Source: Paraspadella gotoi
Taxonomy: Eukaryota > Animalia > Chaetognatha
Direction of reading: 5' to 3'
DNA: 64,000 bases
NCBI GenBank assembly: GCA_051294375.1
Contig: JBJCIZ010000239.1
Span: 6,805,545 to 6,869,544 of the forward strand
The translations under genes were made by a program, and so were the position numbers. The notes below the pieces were generated by a model. That model saw only the letters and a program-made list of their open reading frames with translations, searched no databases and was not told where the DNA came from. Below are positions 1 to 13,818 of the stretch, piece by piece; position 1 is the stretch's first letter, and every line of letters begins with the position of its first letter.

Positions 1-435
1 ATTTATATTTATTATAATATATATAATATAATTTGTAATTATTATATACAGTTTATACACCAAACCAAAACCTGTCCAAAGTCAAGGACAAGATAACTTA
101 TTTATTAAATGAATGGATTGAATAATTTCTATATTGGTTCAACCAATTTCATACAGTATACTTACTCTTTTCTCTCTTCCTTCTCTTTTTCTTCCTCCCC
201 CTTTCTCCTTCCCTCCACTTTCTCTCCTTTCCTCCATTTTCTTTTCTCACGCTGTGACGACTCGCTTCCCTTCTGTCTCACCGTCTCCTCCGATCTCACT
301 TGTCACTTTTCACTCTTCAGTGACTCGGAACTTTTTGATCCCTTTCCTGTTCATTCGTGACTTGACTTGCAACTCAACTCGCTCTCTCTTTTTCTCTCCC
401 TCTCTCTCTCAGTCTTTGTTCTTACTATGAGTATA

Positions 436-473
<38 letters not shown>

Positions 474-2187
474 GAATCAAAACACATTCGAAGCAGAGTA
501 AACAGTTGATCTTTCGTGACATTTTCAAATTCACTTTTTAGTTTTTGAACCGAGAGATTCTTAATCTTTCATCATATTTAAAATTTAATATCTAATTTAA
601 ATTTAAAAAAATATAATCTAATCCTTTACCATAATCCCTAACATAATACCTAACTTGAATCCATAACTCTATAATAACCTTATTTTCTAACAAACCCTTA
701 TCCTTAACTCTAATATCTAACAAAACTTTAACCACATCTCAAATCAAATTAAATTCCGGTTTAAAGTTGATTGAGGCGCTATCGGAAAGAGGCAACGTCT
801 GCTACTTTCATCTATCTCGGACTCGCGCTGCATCGACGCTTTTCTTCTCTCGAAAAAAAAGGGGGCGGTGGGGTGGCAGGTAGGGGGCGGCGGGCGTGCG
901 GGCAGGGGTGGTGGGAGGACGGGTAAGGCGGGTGGGAGGGACGGGCAGGGGGCGCGAGAGATAAGCAGCATGGGCAAGCTTCAAACTGCTTGAAATAAAT
1001 CGTTAAGGACAAACGCACAAATAATTCATCCCGCGGAAATAAAAGAATAAACAAATACAAGACGAAAAGGATCGAACCCGGCGACCACAACGAAAAAAAC
1101 CGGCCGATTTATCTACTGAGCCACAGTTCAGCAAAATGAGGAGGAGCGCCAGGGAAAAGGAGAAGGGGGGGAAGCGTAAGATGAAGGGAAATGCGGTTCG
1201 TCCTAGTTTCACCGGCATTCGTCACTGTCGACCATTGCAGATCTCTCTTTCGCTCTATCTCTCTTTCGCTCTATCTCTCTCTCTCTCTCTCTCTCCTTAA
1301 TGACACGCCGCGTATTGCTATTGGTTAAATTTGAGAGGATATTGCCTTTTTCTCTCTCTCTCTCTTTCCCTCTCTCTTTCTCTCTACGTCGTTTTTTCGC
1401 GCTTACTTTTTCTGTCCGTCTCGCTCTCTCTCGTTCTCCCTCTTTCCCTCTCTCCTTCTCTTTAAATATTTGCTCAGATTCTGAATATTTTTCAATTAAT
1501 CATTCTTATCTTACGCCTCTACTAACTTACTAAGCCGCCTCAGCTAATAGGATCTTTCTCAACCCTACTTTTAAAAAGGCCTCTCAGCTGCCTTTCCGTC
1601 TTCCCTAGTTCATCCACGGCTACTTTTACTATATAAAATATACTATATCTAAAAATAACTTGCGTAGATTTTTAAAATTCCCAAAAATGATCGACTGCTT
1701 GGTTGTTGTTTCGATGAATTTTGTCTTGGTTGAAAATTGAAAATTGAAATTCAATATTCGCTCATGAACCTGCACACCAGCGACAATTGTAATGAATAAT
1801 ATACTAGAAATATACTAGAAATAACTTTACATATTGCGAGAATTTTTCTTAAATCTTAACAATGTAACATCCTCCGGGTTTATAAATAGAAATGATCCGT
1901 CGCTTTTATGACGTCATTTATCGTCTCTTTGCAGATGCGCGACACACACACACGCTCTCTCTCTCTCTCTCTCTCTCTCTCACAGTACATTAAAGGCCTT
2001 CCCCCCACATCGCGCCCGCGAGCAAAGAGTGAATAAAACATTTAGCTTTTTGTTTTAAAAATTTAAGAGAAAAAACGAAACGAAAAAAGCCATAAAGAAA
2101 ACAAGTAATCATGTTTTTTCGCAAAATCTATTCTCATTCTACTTAAATAAAATTTAAAGCTTAAAATTTACATAAAACTTAATACCA
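1..2187. repeat. Copy A of a ~2.2 kb direct duplication (copy B ~7880-10048, in NDRG intron 1)
   Basis: The two copies are collinear and near-identical, differing mostly by 1-2 bp indels. Confidence 0.95.
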
Positions 2188-3396
2188 AATATATTCCATT
2201 TTTAACAAAAAAGATTCAAACTGACGATTTTGAGATTTCAATATGCTTCATAAAATTTCATAGAATACATAGAAAGAATGGCAGCGATTTTATTAGTGCC
2301 ATTCGTTTCTGGCTCACGGGGTAAAACGGGACGTAAAATAAGTAGATTTGATTCACGTGTCACTATTAAGCTACAATTTGTTACGTACTAATTATTTTCA
2401 ACTTGTTCGCAAATTATCTGGTCTTGTTTATGGCCAAAGATTATATTCTGCTTATAAGTTTATGTAAGAGCAACTTTTCGATAAATTTGGACTATTTATT
2501 TTAATCACCTTAAGTACCAAAGACGAAAAATTAGCAATAAAATAACTCCGAATTTTTAGCTACTATATGAGAAATTCGATTTTTAAAAATAACGAATGAA
2601 TGAAATCGTTTTTAGAAAAAAAATGAAGGATTGAAATAAAACAAAGAGTCGTCATCTAGATAATTTGTGCTCAAAGTTTTAGTATAACGACTCGAAAATG
2701 CCCAACTATATAGTTGCTATCATTATAGGAAGATAGAAGTAACTTTTTTTACAAAATTAATCATGCGGAAAACATTTTATGAGTGGGCGATATCTACTAA
2801 GTTGTGAAAAATTATTATGTAAACATTTTGACGAAAACAGTAGCTATTGGACTAGACGAAATTTTTTGAAAATTGTTAAGAAAAGATAAAAACGACGAAA
2901 AATTAAAAAGAGTCACTGATAAAAATTATATTATGTGATAAACGACATTGCAAGTGAGAGAAAAAGCTAATTCAATGTCAAATTATATGTTAATGATAAA
3001 CAAACAGACGTATACGCAATCATTACTGAATCGTTTTAATATCCCCCGAGTAATATTTTTTTTTCTAGATAAAAATGATCAAAGTTTGACAATTTTTTTG
3101 ACACCATTTTCTAAAAGCGCTAAATCTATTGTCACTAATCCCAAACTTAAGTCCTAACCGACTTTTTATCCTCAACCCTAATTCTAAACCTTAGTCCTCA
3201 ACTTTAAAATTACAATTAATTATTTAGCTTAATCATTAACCCAAATCAACTTTAATAATTGAATATAAAATTGAAAATGGTAATTTTTTTTAAATTTTTT
3301 TGTCTCGGTAATCGGTATAATTTTTTTTTCCCCCCGACATTCATTGATGTCTCGAAAAATGAATCAAGTTTGGACTCGTCCGCGCCAGATATAAGA

Positions 3397-4139
3397 TTAA
3401 TTTTTGGGCGTGTCGGCCGCTCCCATGCTGCTGATTCCTTTGCCGATGTCCGTCCCTGTTTTTGGGCAGTGGAAGCGACGGAACCAAAACCGATTCCCTG
3501 AGAAGTTTGGAAGAAAAATTCATTTTTAATTTTGATTTAAGACAATGAGCTCCTTGACGAAAGGCAGGTTGCGTGACAGAAGAAACTTTGAGTTTGACAA
3601 TATTCCCTTTCATCCGAAATTGCTACTTTCGGATATATAATTCTTTCCCTCGTTCGAATAATATTGCAGGTTTCTTCGAAACTATTGCCCGTTTATCTTA
3701 ACTTGCTTTTTCGCTGTTAACAATACTGACTAACTTTTCCAAAAAGAGCATCTGAATTTAATTTTAACCCAAATCTGTTTAAAAAACTAAAAACCAAATC
3801 TAACCTTAATTCTTAACCCTGATCTCTAAACTAATCTTTAAAACTTAAACTTTATTCCGAATTTGTAATGAAATGGGACGTTTGGGGAAAATAAGGCCAA
3901 AATACTTTTGTTTCCCCTCAGACTTATCTGCAAGAAATACTGCAATCTCTCTTACGTACCTGCAAGAAATACTGTAATCCTTCGGCGAGCTTGACAGGAG
4001 CTTCAGCCAAAATATTGGCCACGTCCGAAATTTCTAGGAGAGTCGCCTTCTGTTTGTTGTCCAACTTGTTGTACATTGTGTGGACCTAAGGGATAAAAAA
4101 AAAACGAAAATTACGTCCTGCACCTCGAAAATTTTAAAC

Positions 4140-4225
<86 letters not shown>

Positions 4226-7200
4226 CGAGGGAGCGAGCGCGCGCAAAGAATCTTCGTCCAAAATAGATCATAATTTTAACGTTTTTCATTTACTTTTTGT
4301 AAAGTATGCGCCATTTGATTCGTGATCTGAAAATAGCGCCGACTCTAACGCATGTTTAAAATATAACCAATTTTAACAATAAACTTAAAAATTTAATTAA
4401 AAGTAATTTTTGTTGTTGTTTTAATAGCGTTAGCCTTATCAATTCACAGTCACAACCGTCCCTCCGTCTCACCGTGTGATTGAAGGATGCTTCCTTTCCC
4501 GTGACCAGCAAGACGTTGGCCCTCATCCCGTTCAACTCGGCGGGCCGTGAGTTCCGTTCGACGCTTGAAGGATTCGACGAACGCGCGGAGGTTGTGCGCG
4601 TTGCGTTTGTGGTAGAGTCGATCAGTGAAGTTCTTGATGACGGCGTCGATCTCGCCAGTAGTTTTTGGCGCCTGACGACAAAGGACTCGCCTCTCAATTC
4701 TTCTATATATATCTATCTTTCCCATCTTTAAATTCTTTTTTTCCCCTTGACTCAGTTTTGCTCTCTTTCTGTATCCTTTTCCTTTCTTTTTTCGCCTCTC
4801 TTCTCCCTTTTCTCCCTTTTCAAATTCCCCCTCCGCCCCACCACCTTGGATCTGATGCGTGCCGAACCGGTGAAGCACCAAGTAGCTCTCAACCGAAGGG
4901 TCCATCCCGATGTGATCCAACTTCCAGGTTAGTACGGGAGTCTCTCGCAACTTCCATGAATCCCGCCGTCGTGGAGGTGCAATGGATGAGGCAGAGGCCG
5001 AGGCACCTGTCGGGTGCAACAGGCCGAACCGAGCCAGGATGTTGGCACCTGGAAAAAATAAAGGGAATTCAAATCCTTCGTCGCGCAGCGTATTTTCGAT
5101 TCGCGCGGCATTTGAAATCGTCTTTTTTTCTTTATACTTTTTTTAAACACAAAAGGTAGCGCTGGTCGTCGTTTAGATTGGAATCGGCGAAAATAACAAA
5201 AGAGCAACCAAATTTAAACGCATTTAAATTAATTTAATTTAAATAATTTACGTTATACTTCCGTAGTTTCTACGACCATAGTTTTGGCGAAATGTGTCCG
5301 AAAAAAAATAATTAGAGTTGTTCCCTTTTGAAACTATTGTATTTTTGACTGTCGTAATTATTTGTAATTTGCGACCCATGGCCTTCCGGCCCGTCTTAAA
5401 GAAATAAAACCAAACCTAACCTAAATTTATGGTCTTGATATCGCTTTTTAAGTATTAATCTACAGACCGACCGACCGACAAGTGACTTATTGAGGTTGCT
5501 ATTTAAGTTTATTTGAGTATTAGTGGCGCAACTAAAAATAAAGTTATACGATTTCTGAAGATTATATTTTTATCTCTTACGCTTCGTTCGATTCCTTTAG
5601 GGCCCAAAGTAATTAGGAAGAAAAGAAAAGTGGGGGAAAAATAATCAATATTGAAATATAAAAATATTTACTTCAAGTGATACTGGTAGGGAAGCCTGGT
5701 ACTCTGGAGTGAATAAACGAGACTGTGAGAGAGTCTTAATTGAAAACTTGCATTATTTAGTGATAGAGGCCTTAGACCACCAAAGCCAGTCCAAAATCAG
5801 GGGCAATATAGCTTATTTATTAAAGGAATGGATAATTTTGTATCAGTTGTACAAAATTTTATTAAATATTCATTAATATCTAATGTCTAATGATATAATT
5901 ATATAATAATATATATATATAATTATATAATATATATATTTAATCAACGTTTACGAGACAATGAGACATCCACAGAGAGTTGCCTCACCCAATTTATTTT
6001 ACAAAATCTACACGTTTCTTTTTCTTTGCAAATGCCTCCCCTTTCTCTTCACCCGTTCATCGTAAAGCCGCTCCCCCCAATTTACCCTCCCTAACTACCC
6101 CTCCCCCAACCCCGTCCCCGCCTCACCTGCTCCTTCCCCCAACCCGACCGGCGCGGCGACATTGAAATAGTCTAGGACATCCTTGATGGCTCCGCCAACT
6201 TCGGTGATGGACGGGAATCGGTGAACGTCGGGGGCGTCTTCTTCCTGCCGGGCACGTCCACGTGGATTGAAGGTGACTCGTTGGCGGATGCCCGTCATGC
6301 AATCGTGATCCGTGAACCACTTCACGCTGGCCGGGGGAGGGAGCGAAGGAGGGGGAGAGTCAAGAAGTTGGGAATATTGAACAATTTTTCAAAATATTTA
6401 AAAACATTTCGTATTTAACTATTAGTGATCAAACGGGTAGCCTGTGATGCTCACGGAAATGGCACGAAAGAAAGAGCATTCAAGGTTCCACCCGATATCA
6501 ATCTTTATGGGTCGAAAAGACCATTTTCTACGAATAGCTTTTCTTTTTTCCTTTTCTTCTCCTTTCATTTCATTTTTCTTTTTTTTCCTTTCATTTCATT
6601 TTTATTTCCTTTTCCTTTCCTTTCATTTCATTTTTCTTTCATTTTCCTTTCCTCTTTCCATTTCCCCTTTTTCATTCCTTTTATTTTCTTTTCCTCTCTC
6701 AAGACACTTTGGCTTCCTCTCAAGTTCGACCAAATAAGACTTGTGTCATTGAGCGGAGAGAGAGAGAGAGAGGAGAGAGAAAGAGAGAGGGAAGAGAGAG
6801 GTCGAATTTCATTCAAGTGACACGAGCTTCTGCCATTTCGTCACGTCTTTCCTCCCCCGGATGTGGATTGAAGAATCCAGGATGTAATTGAAGTGAAGAG
6901 GCATAGCGCGGAAACTGTCAAACAACTGCGACTAATGCGGTAGAGGTGAGAGGGGGAGAGAGAGGGGGAGAGAGAGGGGGAGGAGAGAGGGGGAGAGAGG
7001 GGGGAGAGAGAGGGGAGAGAGAGGGGAAAGAGAGGGGGAAAGAGAGGGGAAAAGAGAGAGGGGGAAAGAGAGAGGGGGAAAAGAGAGAGGGGGAAAAGAG
7101 AGAGGGGGAAAGAGAGGGAGAGGGGGAGAGAGGGAGAGGGAGGTGAAGTGACTGAACAAGGGTGGAAGGAATGGACTGAAGAAGATTTAAAAAGAAGATA

Positions 7201-9817
7201 AACCTGAGAAAAAGGTGCATATGAAGCGGGCATTACCCACGTTCACGCTGCAATTAATCATCGTTCCCTTCGACGTGACCCGGTAGCTTATTGAGTAAAA
7301 GCTTCCGCTCATGACCACTAGGTACCGGGTTCAATCCCAACTCGCCACGAGAAGAAAATATAGTAAACTGTGGAGCAGGAAATGTGTAGGGGATGGATTA
7401 AAGTACGGACGGAAAAAGTAAGTTTAAATAATGAAAAGAAGCAGAAATATAAAGTAGGATGGAGAGTGAAGAAAAAGTATATCGGGGATTAAGAGGGGTT
7501 TAAATAAAGTTGGGCAGCGGGGAAGAGGGATAGAAGATGGGAGAAGATAGATAAGAGAGAAAAAAAAGTTCGCTCTACATTTTACATCGATTTTCGAAGT
7601 CGTTTGTCGACGTCGTTCTTCGCAGAGATAAAGTGACGCTGATGATTGAGCGAAAATTCGGTCAACTCGGTTTTGTGAAGCGAGGTTAAAAGAGAAAAAA
7701 AAACATAAGCATTCTGTTGAGAGAAATATCGAAATTTGACTTATATTTTTATGTTTAACGCGAAGATGATAATGGATAAAAAAAGGTTCATTGATTTGGT
7801 CGAAACCGATTCGGGGCCTGTAAATAGATATTATATATCATATTATATTTATTATTATTTATTTAATATTAAATTTATATTATATTTATTTATAATATAT
7901 ATAATATAATTTGTAATTATTATATACAGTTTATACACCAACCAAAACCTGTCCAAAGTCAAGGACAAGATAACTTATTTATTAATGAATGGATTGAATA
8001 ATTTCTATATTGGTTCAACCAATTTCATTACAGTATACTTACTCTTTTCTCTCTTCCTTCTCTTTTTCTTCCTCCCCCTTTCTCCTTCCCTCCACTTTCT
8101 CTCCTTTCCTCCATTTTCTTTTCTCACGCTGTGACGACTCGCTTCCCTTCTGTCTCACGTCTCCTCCGATCTCAACTTGTCACTTTTCACTCTTCAGTGA
8201 CTCGGAAACTTTTGATCCCTTTCCTGTTCATTCGTGACTGACTTGCAACTCAACTCGCTCTCTTTTTTTCTCCTCTCCCTCAGTCTTAGTTCTTACTATG
8301 AGTATATCTGTCTGTCCTCTTCTCTCTCTCTCTCTCTTTTAAGAATCAAAACACATTTCGAAGCAGAGTAAACAGTTACGATCTTTCGTGACATTTTTCA
8401 AATTCACTTTTTAGTTTTGAACCGAGAGATTTCTTAATCTTTCATCATATTTAAAATTTAATATCTAATTTAAATTTAAAAAAAATATAATCTAATCCTT
8501 TACCATAATCCCTAACATAATACCTAACTTGAATCCATAACTCTATAATAACCTTATTTTCTAACAAACCCTTATCCTTAACTCTAATATCTAATCAAAA
8601 CTTAACCACATCTCAAATCAAATTAAATTCCGGTTTAAAGTTGATTGAGGCGCTATCGGAAAGAGGCAACGTCTGCTACTTATCTATCTCGGACTCGCGC
8701 TGCATCGACGCTTTTCTCTCTCGAAAAAAAAGGGGGCGGTGGGGTGGCAGGTAGGGGCGGCGGGCGTATGCGGGCAGGGGGTGGTGGGAGGACGGGTAAG
8801 GCGGGTGGGAGGGACGGGCAGGGGGCGCGAGAGATAAGCAGCATGGCAAGCTCAAACTGCTTGAAATAAATCGTAAAGGACAAACGCACAAATAATTCAT
8901 CCCGCGGAAATAAAAGAATAAAACAAATACAAGACGAAAAGGATCGAACCCGCGACCACAACGAAAAAACCGGCCGATTTATCTACTGAGCCACAGTTCA
9001 GCAAAAATGAGGAGGAGCGCCAGGGAAAAGGGAAGGGGGGGGAAGCGTAAGATGAAGGGAAATGCGGTTCGTCCTAGTTTCACCGGCATTCGTCACTGTC
9101 GACCATTGCAGATCTCTCTTTCGCTCTATCTCTCTTTCGCTCTACTCCTCTCTCTCTCTCTCTCTCTCCTTAATGACACGCCGCGTATTGCTATTGGTTA
9201 AATTTGAGAGGATATTGCCTTTTTCTCTCTCTCTCTCTTTCCCTACTCTCTTTCTTCTACGTCGTTTTTTTCGCGCTACTTTTTCTGTCCGTCTCGCTCT
9301 CTCTCGTTCTCCTCTTTCCCTCTCTCCTTCTCTTTAAATATTGCTCAGATTCTGATATTTTTCAATTAATCATTCTTATCTTACGCCTCTACTAACTTAC
9401 TAAGCCGCCCTCAGCTAATAGGATCTTCTCAACCCTACTTTTAAAAAGGCCTCTCAGCTGCCTTTCCTTCTTCCCTAGTTCATCCACGGCTACTTTTACT
9501 ATATAATTATACTATATCTAAAAATAACTTGCGTAGATTTTTTAAAATTCCCAAAATGATCTACTGCTTGGTTGTTGTTTCGATGAATTTTGTCTTGGTT
9601 GAAAATTGAAATTCAATATTCGCTCATGAACCTGCACACCAGCGACAATTGTAATGAATAATATACTAGAAATATACTAGAAATAACTTTACATATTGCG
9701 AGAATTTTTCTTAAATCTTAACAATGTAACATCCTCCGGGTTTATAAATAGAAAATGATCCGTCGCTTTTATGACGTCATTTATCGTCTCTTTGCAGATG
9801 CGCGACACACACACACG

Positions 9818-9851
<34 letters not shown>

Positions 9852-10354
9852 GTACATTAAAGGCCTTCCCCCACATCGCGCCCGCGAGCAAGAGTGAATA
9901 AAACATTTAGCTTTTTGTTTTAAAAATTTAAGAGAAAAAACGAAACGAAAAAAGCCATAAAGAAACAAGTAATCATGTTTTTTCGCAAAATCTATTCTCA
10001 TTCTACTTAATAAAATTTAAGCTTAAAATTTACATAAAACTTAATACCTATACCATTTACAAAATCTATATTTTCAGTCCCACGAGCCTTTCTCGGTCCC
10101 TCGCTCCCACAAGAAAGGGATCCTCCCTGCGCCCCCACTCTCCTTCTACCCCCTCATTCCCTCCCTCCCCCCCAAACCCCAACAACTCACGTCTTGTGCG
10201 AACACCCCAATCGTGAACGGTGACGATCACGGGCCGTTTTCCGTCCAATTCTCCCTGGACGTAAACGTTGACGTCANNNNNNNNNNNNNNNNNNNNNNNN
10301 NACGTCACCGACTCCCTCCACCGCGATCACGTGCTGCGTCTCCGAGGTCGACAT
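3397..10354 (-). CDS. NDRG: NDRG-family (Ndr) alpha/beta-hydrolase-like protein, resembling the invertebrate ZK1073.1/CG2082-type branch. Six exons: 10354-10191, 6326-6127, 5048-4845, ~4700-4473, 4085-3960, ~3497-3397
   Basis: GT-AG bounded exons translate, after correcting a few 1-bp indels, to MSTSETQHVIAVEGVGDVNVYVQGELDGKRPVIVTVHD(LG)CSHK, HVDVPGQEE, VGLGEGAGANILARFG, CLGLCLIHCTST, NLRAFVESF, NVLLVTG and KLAEGLQYFLQG. These are the NDRG motifs in the expected order. Confidence 0.9.
7275..7349 (+). mobile_element. tRNA-derived sequence (SINE head or tRNA pseudogene, CAT in the anticodon position)
   Basis: A-box-like TAGCTTATTGAG and B-box GGTTCAATCCC with imperfect stems. A related copy lies on the minus strand at ~51767-51835. 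Confidence 0.6.
7880..10048. repeat. Copy B of the ~2.2 kb direct duplication
   Basis: Matches 1-2187. Confidence 0.95.
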
Positions 10355-11424
10355 CTTTCTTTTCCTTTGTTTTGTGTTTTGTTTTGTGTTTTCGTTCCTC
10401 TCTGTCTGGATGATTCTGTTTTGTTTTTTTTAAGTTCGGGCGGGAAAGAAAGGCGAGAATTGAAAAAATTAAATTTAATTCAATTAGCATTTTTTTTAGA
10501 GACATTGATCTACGACAATGGCGAGACTTTATGCTGAAGCATACATACTATGTACTACTTGCATATAATACAATTTGGCAAATTTTCATACATATTTTTT
10601 TGGGGAGGCAAATTAAGTTAAATTGTTCTGTAATTTTTTATTTTATTTTCAAAATACAATTAAGAGAATTTGGAATAAAAGAAATAATCCATTTGTCGAT
10701 GGTAAACTTAAAACTATTTAAAATTTTTAAAATATTTAAATTCTATTCAAATATTTTTTTAACGACGATACATATTTAGGAGTCACCCGTTTTTTTTGTT
10801 AAATCGATAAAACATTCACTCAAAATGTAAACTTAAAACATTTTCGAAATAAAAACTTTCTTATCGAAGCTTCATCTCGTAAAGTTTGAACGAATAATTT
10901 GAAATAAATTCTATTTTTTCTATACATCCCATGTAGTGAGCACAACAATTTCTCAAGTATAACACAAACGCAAACAGTGACTCATTGTACAGCACCTATT
11001 TATCTAACAAGTATTTATCCATATGATTAAGTTATTAAATTCGTACGCAAGTATTTAAAACGTAAGTGAAACATCGACCGACAGACTGACCGACAGACTG
11101 ACAGACCAACCGACTCGAACGACAGTCTTTGTGATTCCTCGCAATTTAAAAAAAACTTACCCTTCAGTTGTTTTCCTCGTGAGGATCTTATTCCGTTGAT
11201 CCAGGGACTTGAGATCGAAACTCGAGTTTTCTTCCTCAATTTCAAGTCGTTTTTTTTTTTAATTTTTCTCCTCTTTTTTGTTTAAGTTTGAAGTTCAAGT
11301 CGTTGATTCGAATAGGAACCGTTTTTTTTTATACAGAATCGCTGAAATGAAATCGAGTCAACATCGAAAAAAGTTGTTTAATTCAGGAAAATAATAATAA
11401 TAATAAATAATAATAATAATAAAA

Positions 11425-11488
<64 letters not shown>

Positions 11489-11811
11489 TCTTCCCCCGGA
11501 ATTGATCCTGCCACACGCACAATTCTTTTACAAAATTCTTTTATTTTTTATAGCAGAAGAATGTTTAAAGATTTTTCTGTCTTTTGGATTGTATTTAATT
11601 TTGCCATGTCGAAAAACAAAGGAAGGTATGCTTCATAAATAAGTAGCTGACACAAGCTAAACATGAAGTAAAATGACCAATCAAATATTTGATAAAACAA
11701 AATTTTTCAGATATATCATTAAGTACTAATTATCGAAGGAATCATAATATTTCCGATGGGGGGGGGTAAGTCCGAACCCTTTAAAAATAAATTTAATAAT
11801 TTAATAATTTG

Positions 11812-11852
11812 CTGATGGAAGACTCTAACTTTGTAAGGAGTCGAAACATGTT
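11812..11852 (+). ncRNA. Degenerate minimal hammerhead ribozyme motif (Penelope-like-element type)
   Basis: CTGATGGAA-GACTC...GAGTC-GAAA-CATG-TT, followed by the A-rich tail shared with other copies. Confidence 0.5.
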
Positions 11853-13225
11853 CCGACTACTTGTCAAAAAAAAATTCGTTGCCACAATTAAAAACTGTTT
11901 TCCTAAACCTAAACAACAAGAAATCGAAAGTCTATACATAATAATTTAATAACATTCGAGAGCCGTGACAGTTGCAAATAAAAATTCAATAATTTGGGGT
12001 TGACGTAATTATTAATTATCCGAGGATTTCTCATAAAAAACTGGAGATGTTTTTGACTAGAGAAAAAATTGATGTAATGAATCAGAAACGAAGGTTCGAA
12101 ACAAATCAATTTTACAAACAAAGTTTCACAAAAACAATAATAAACGTCTACGATAACAATTTAAAAAATAGAAATGGTCAGACACAATCCCAGTTGTGTG
12201 GCCCAGCTTTTTTGCTCACGGGTTTGTAGAAGTAAGATGAGTTCGTTGTCGTATTCGTCTTTTTCGTGGTCGTTGTCGTCATATTTTTTGTCGTCTTTTT
12301 CCGTCATATTTTTCGTCATCTTTTGTCATTGTCTTCGTATTTTTTTATTTACGCCCTGGTACAAGATATTTGAGCTCCTAAAAAATAGGCCCTATTTTCC
12401 CAAAGCCCCCCATTTCTTTTAAAGCTCGAATCCAATTTATTTTCTCATTTTAAAAATTAGGTTGAAGGTTGAAGGTTGAAGGTCCTCTCACGCACAAAAA
12501 AAAAAGAAAAAAAGATAAAACAAGTAGCTTGACGTTTTGAAACGAGGCTGTAACTAGGCGACGCGTTTCTGTAGCATTTCTACAGCATCGACCCCCGGCA
12601 TTTCCCTCGTTTGAAGAAGTTATCGGTCATCGATGCGAGGAAAAAAAAAATATTCGGCCGTAAGAGTGAATCGATGTCAGGCGCGAAAAAATGCTTTTAC
12701 GCGAATCGGCATTTTTTTCGTCGTCGTCGTCGCTTTCATGAATTCAATAGTGAGTTAATAGTTATATATTGTTGTTGTTGTTGTTGTTGACGTTGTCGTT
12801 ATCGTTTCAGAATTTTAGTTCCGTGACAAAAAAGGTCATTTTTTTTCCTTTTTCGATTTTAGAGAATATAAAAACCGGTTGATCGTGGAGGACCCTGGGA
12901 ACGACGGCCACTTTTGCCGGAAGGAGCGAGTGGCACGACTCGATAAAATTAAAACTTTGGTCAGATTTACTCGATCAAAATATTAACCCATTCCATCGTT
13001 TTCTCTCTCTCTCTCTCTCTCTCTCTCGGTCTCCTCTCATCATACTCACTCTCATTCATACTCTCTCATAATTACTAGAGCGACTAAAAAATGTTTAAAA
13101 TTTAATAACATAAAAATGAAGTGTTTATAACTACTTTATATGTTTGTAAATTTGCACTACATGAAAATTTCGAAAGTAAAATCGATGAGGATTCTGCGAG
13201 ATTGTTGTTTCGTGCGCTGGGGAGC

Positions 13226-13275
<50 letters not shown>

Positions 13276-13784
13276 AAAATGAGAAATAGGAGTGAGTATG
13301 AGAGAGAGAAAGAGTTAAAGAGGGAAAGAGAGAGAGATGGATTAAGTGAGAAAGAGAGAGATTGAGTGAGAGAGAAAAAGAGTAAGAGAGAGAGTGAGAG
13401 AAAGAAAAGGAGAGAGGAATAGGTAGAAAAGAAGAGAGTGAGAAAAGGAAAGAGAGAAAAGGAGTGAGAGAGAGCAAACGAAATAGAGAGAGAGCTCCTA
13501 GTAAAAAAGGGAAGAATCTTGTCTCAGCGTGAAGGTCAACTGGATGAGGAAGAGAAGGCGAGCGAACGCGAGCAGGAGGAAGAGGAAAAAGAAACGGAAA
13601 AAAAGGAGGAGGAGGAGGAGGAAGAGAAAAAACCGGGTTTAAGGAGATCAAGTGACCTTGGAGGATAAAAAGCTGAAAGCATAACATTTGATCCTTTAAA
13701 TTAAGCTAGTTCTGATCATAGAATTCTTTATACTTTAGTTATTTGGGAAAATAGTTAAAAAAATTTAATATAATCAGCTCACCT

Positions 13785-13818
13785 ATGATGAAGGCTTGAA
13801 ATGAAGCCGAAACATGTC
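13785..13818 (+). ncRNA. Degenerate minimal hammerhead ribozyme motif (Penelope-like-element type)
   Basis: ATGATGA-A-GGCTT(gaaatg)AAGCC-GAAA-CATG-TC, then AATAAA and the family tail. Confidence 0.55.

Noticed and set aside
7275-7349. Functional tRNA-Met gene
   Set aside because: The acceptor, anticodon and T stems pair poorly, and a diverged copy with shared flanks exists, so it fits a repeat head better.
7639-7670. CTGATGA-TTGAGC-GAAA hammerhead-like core
   Set aside because: No stem II, and it lacks the family's CATG palindrome and tail.
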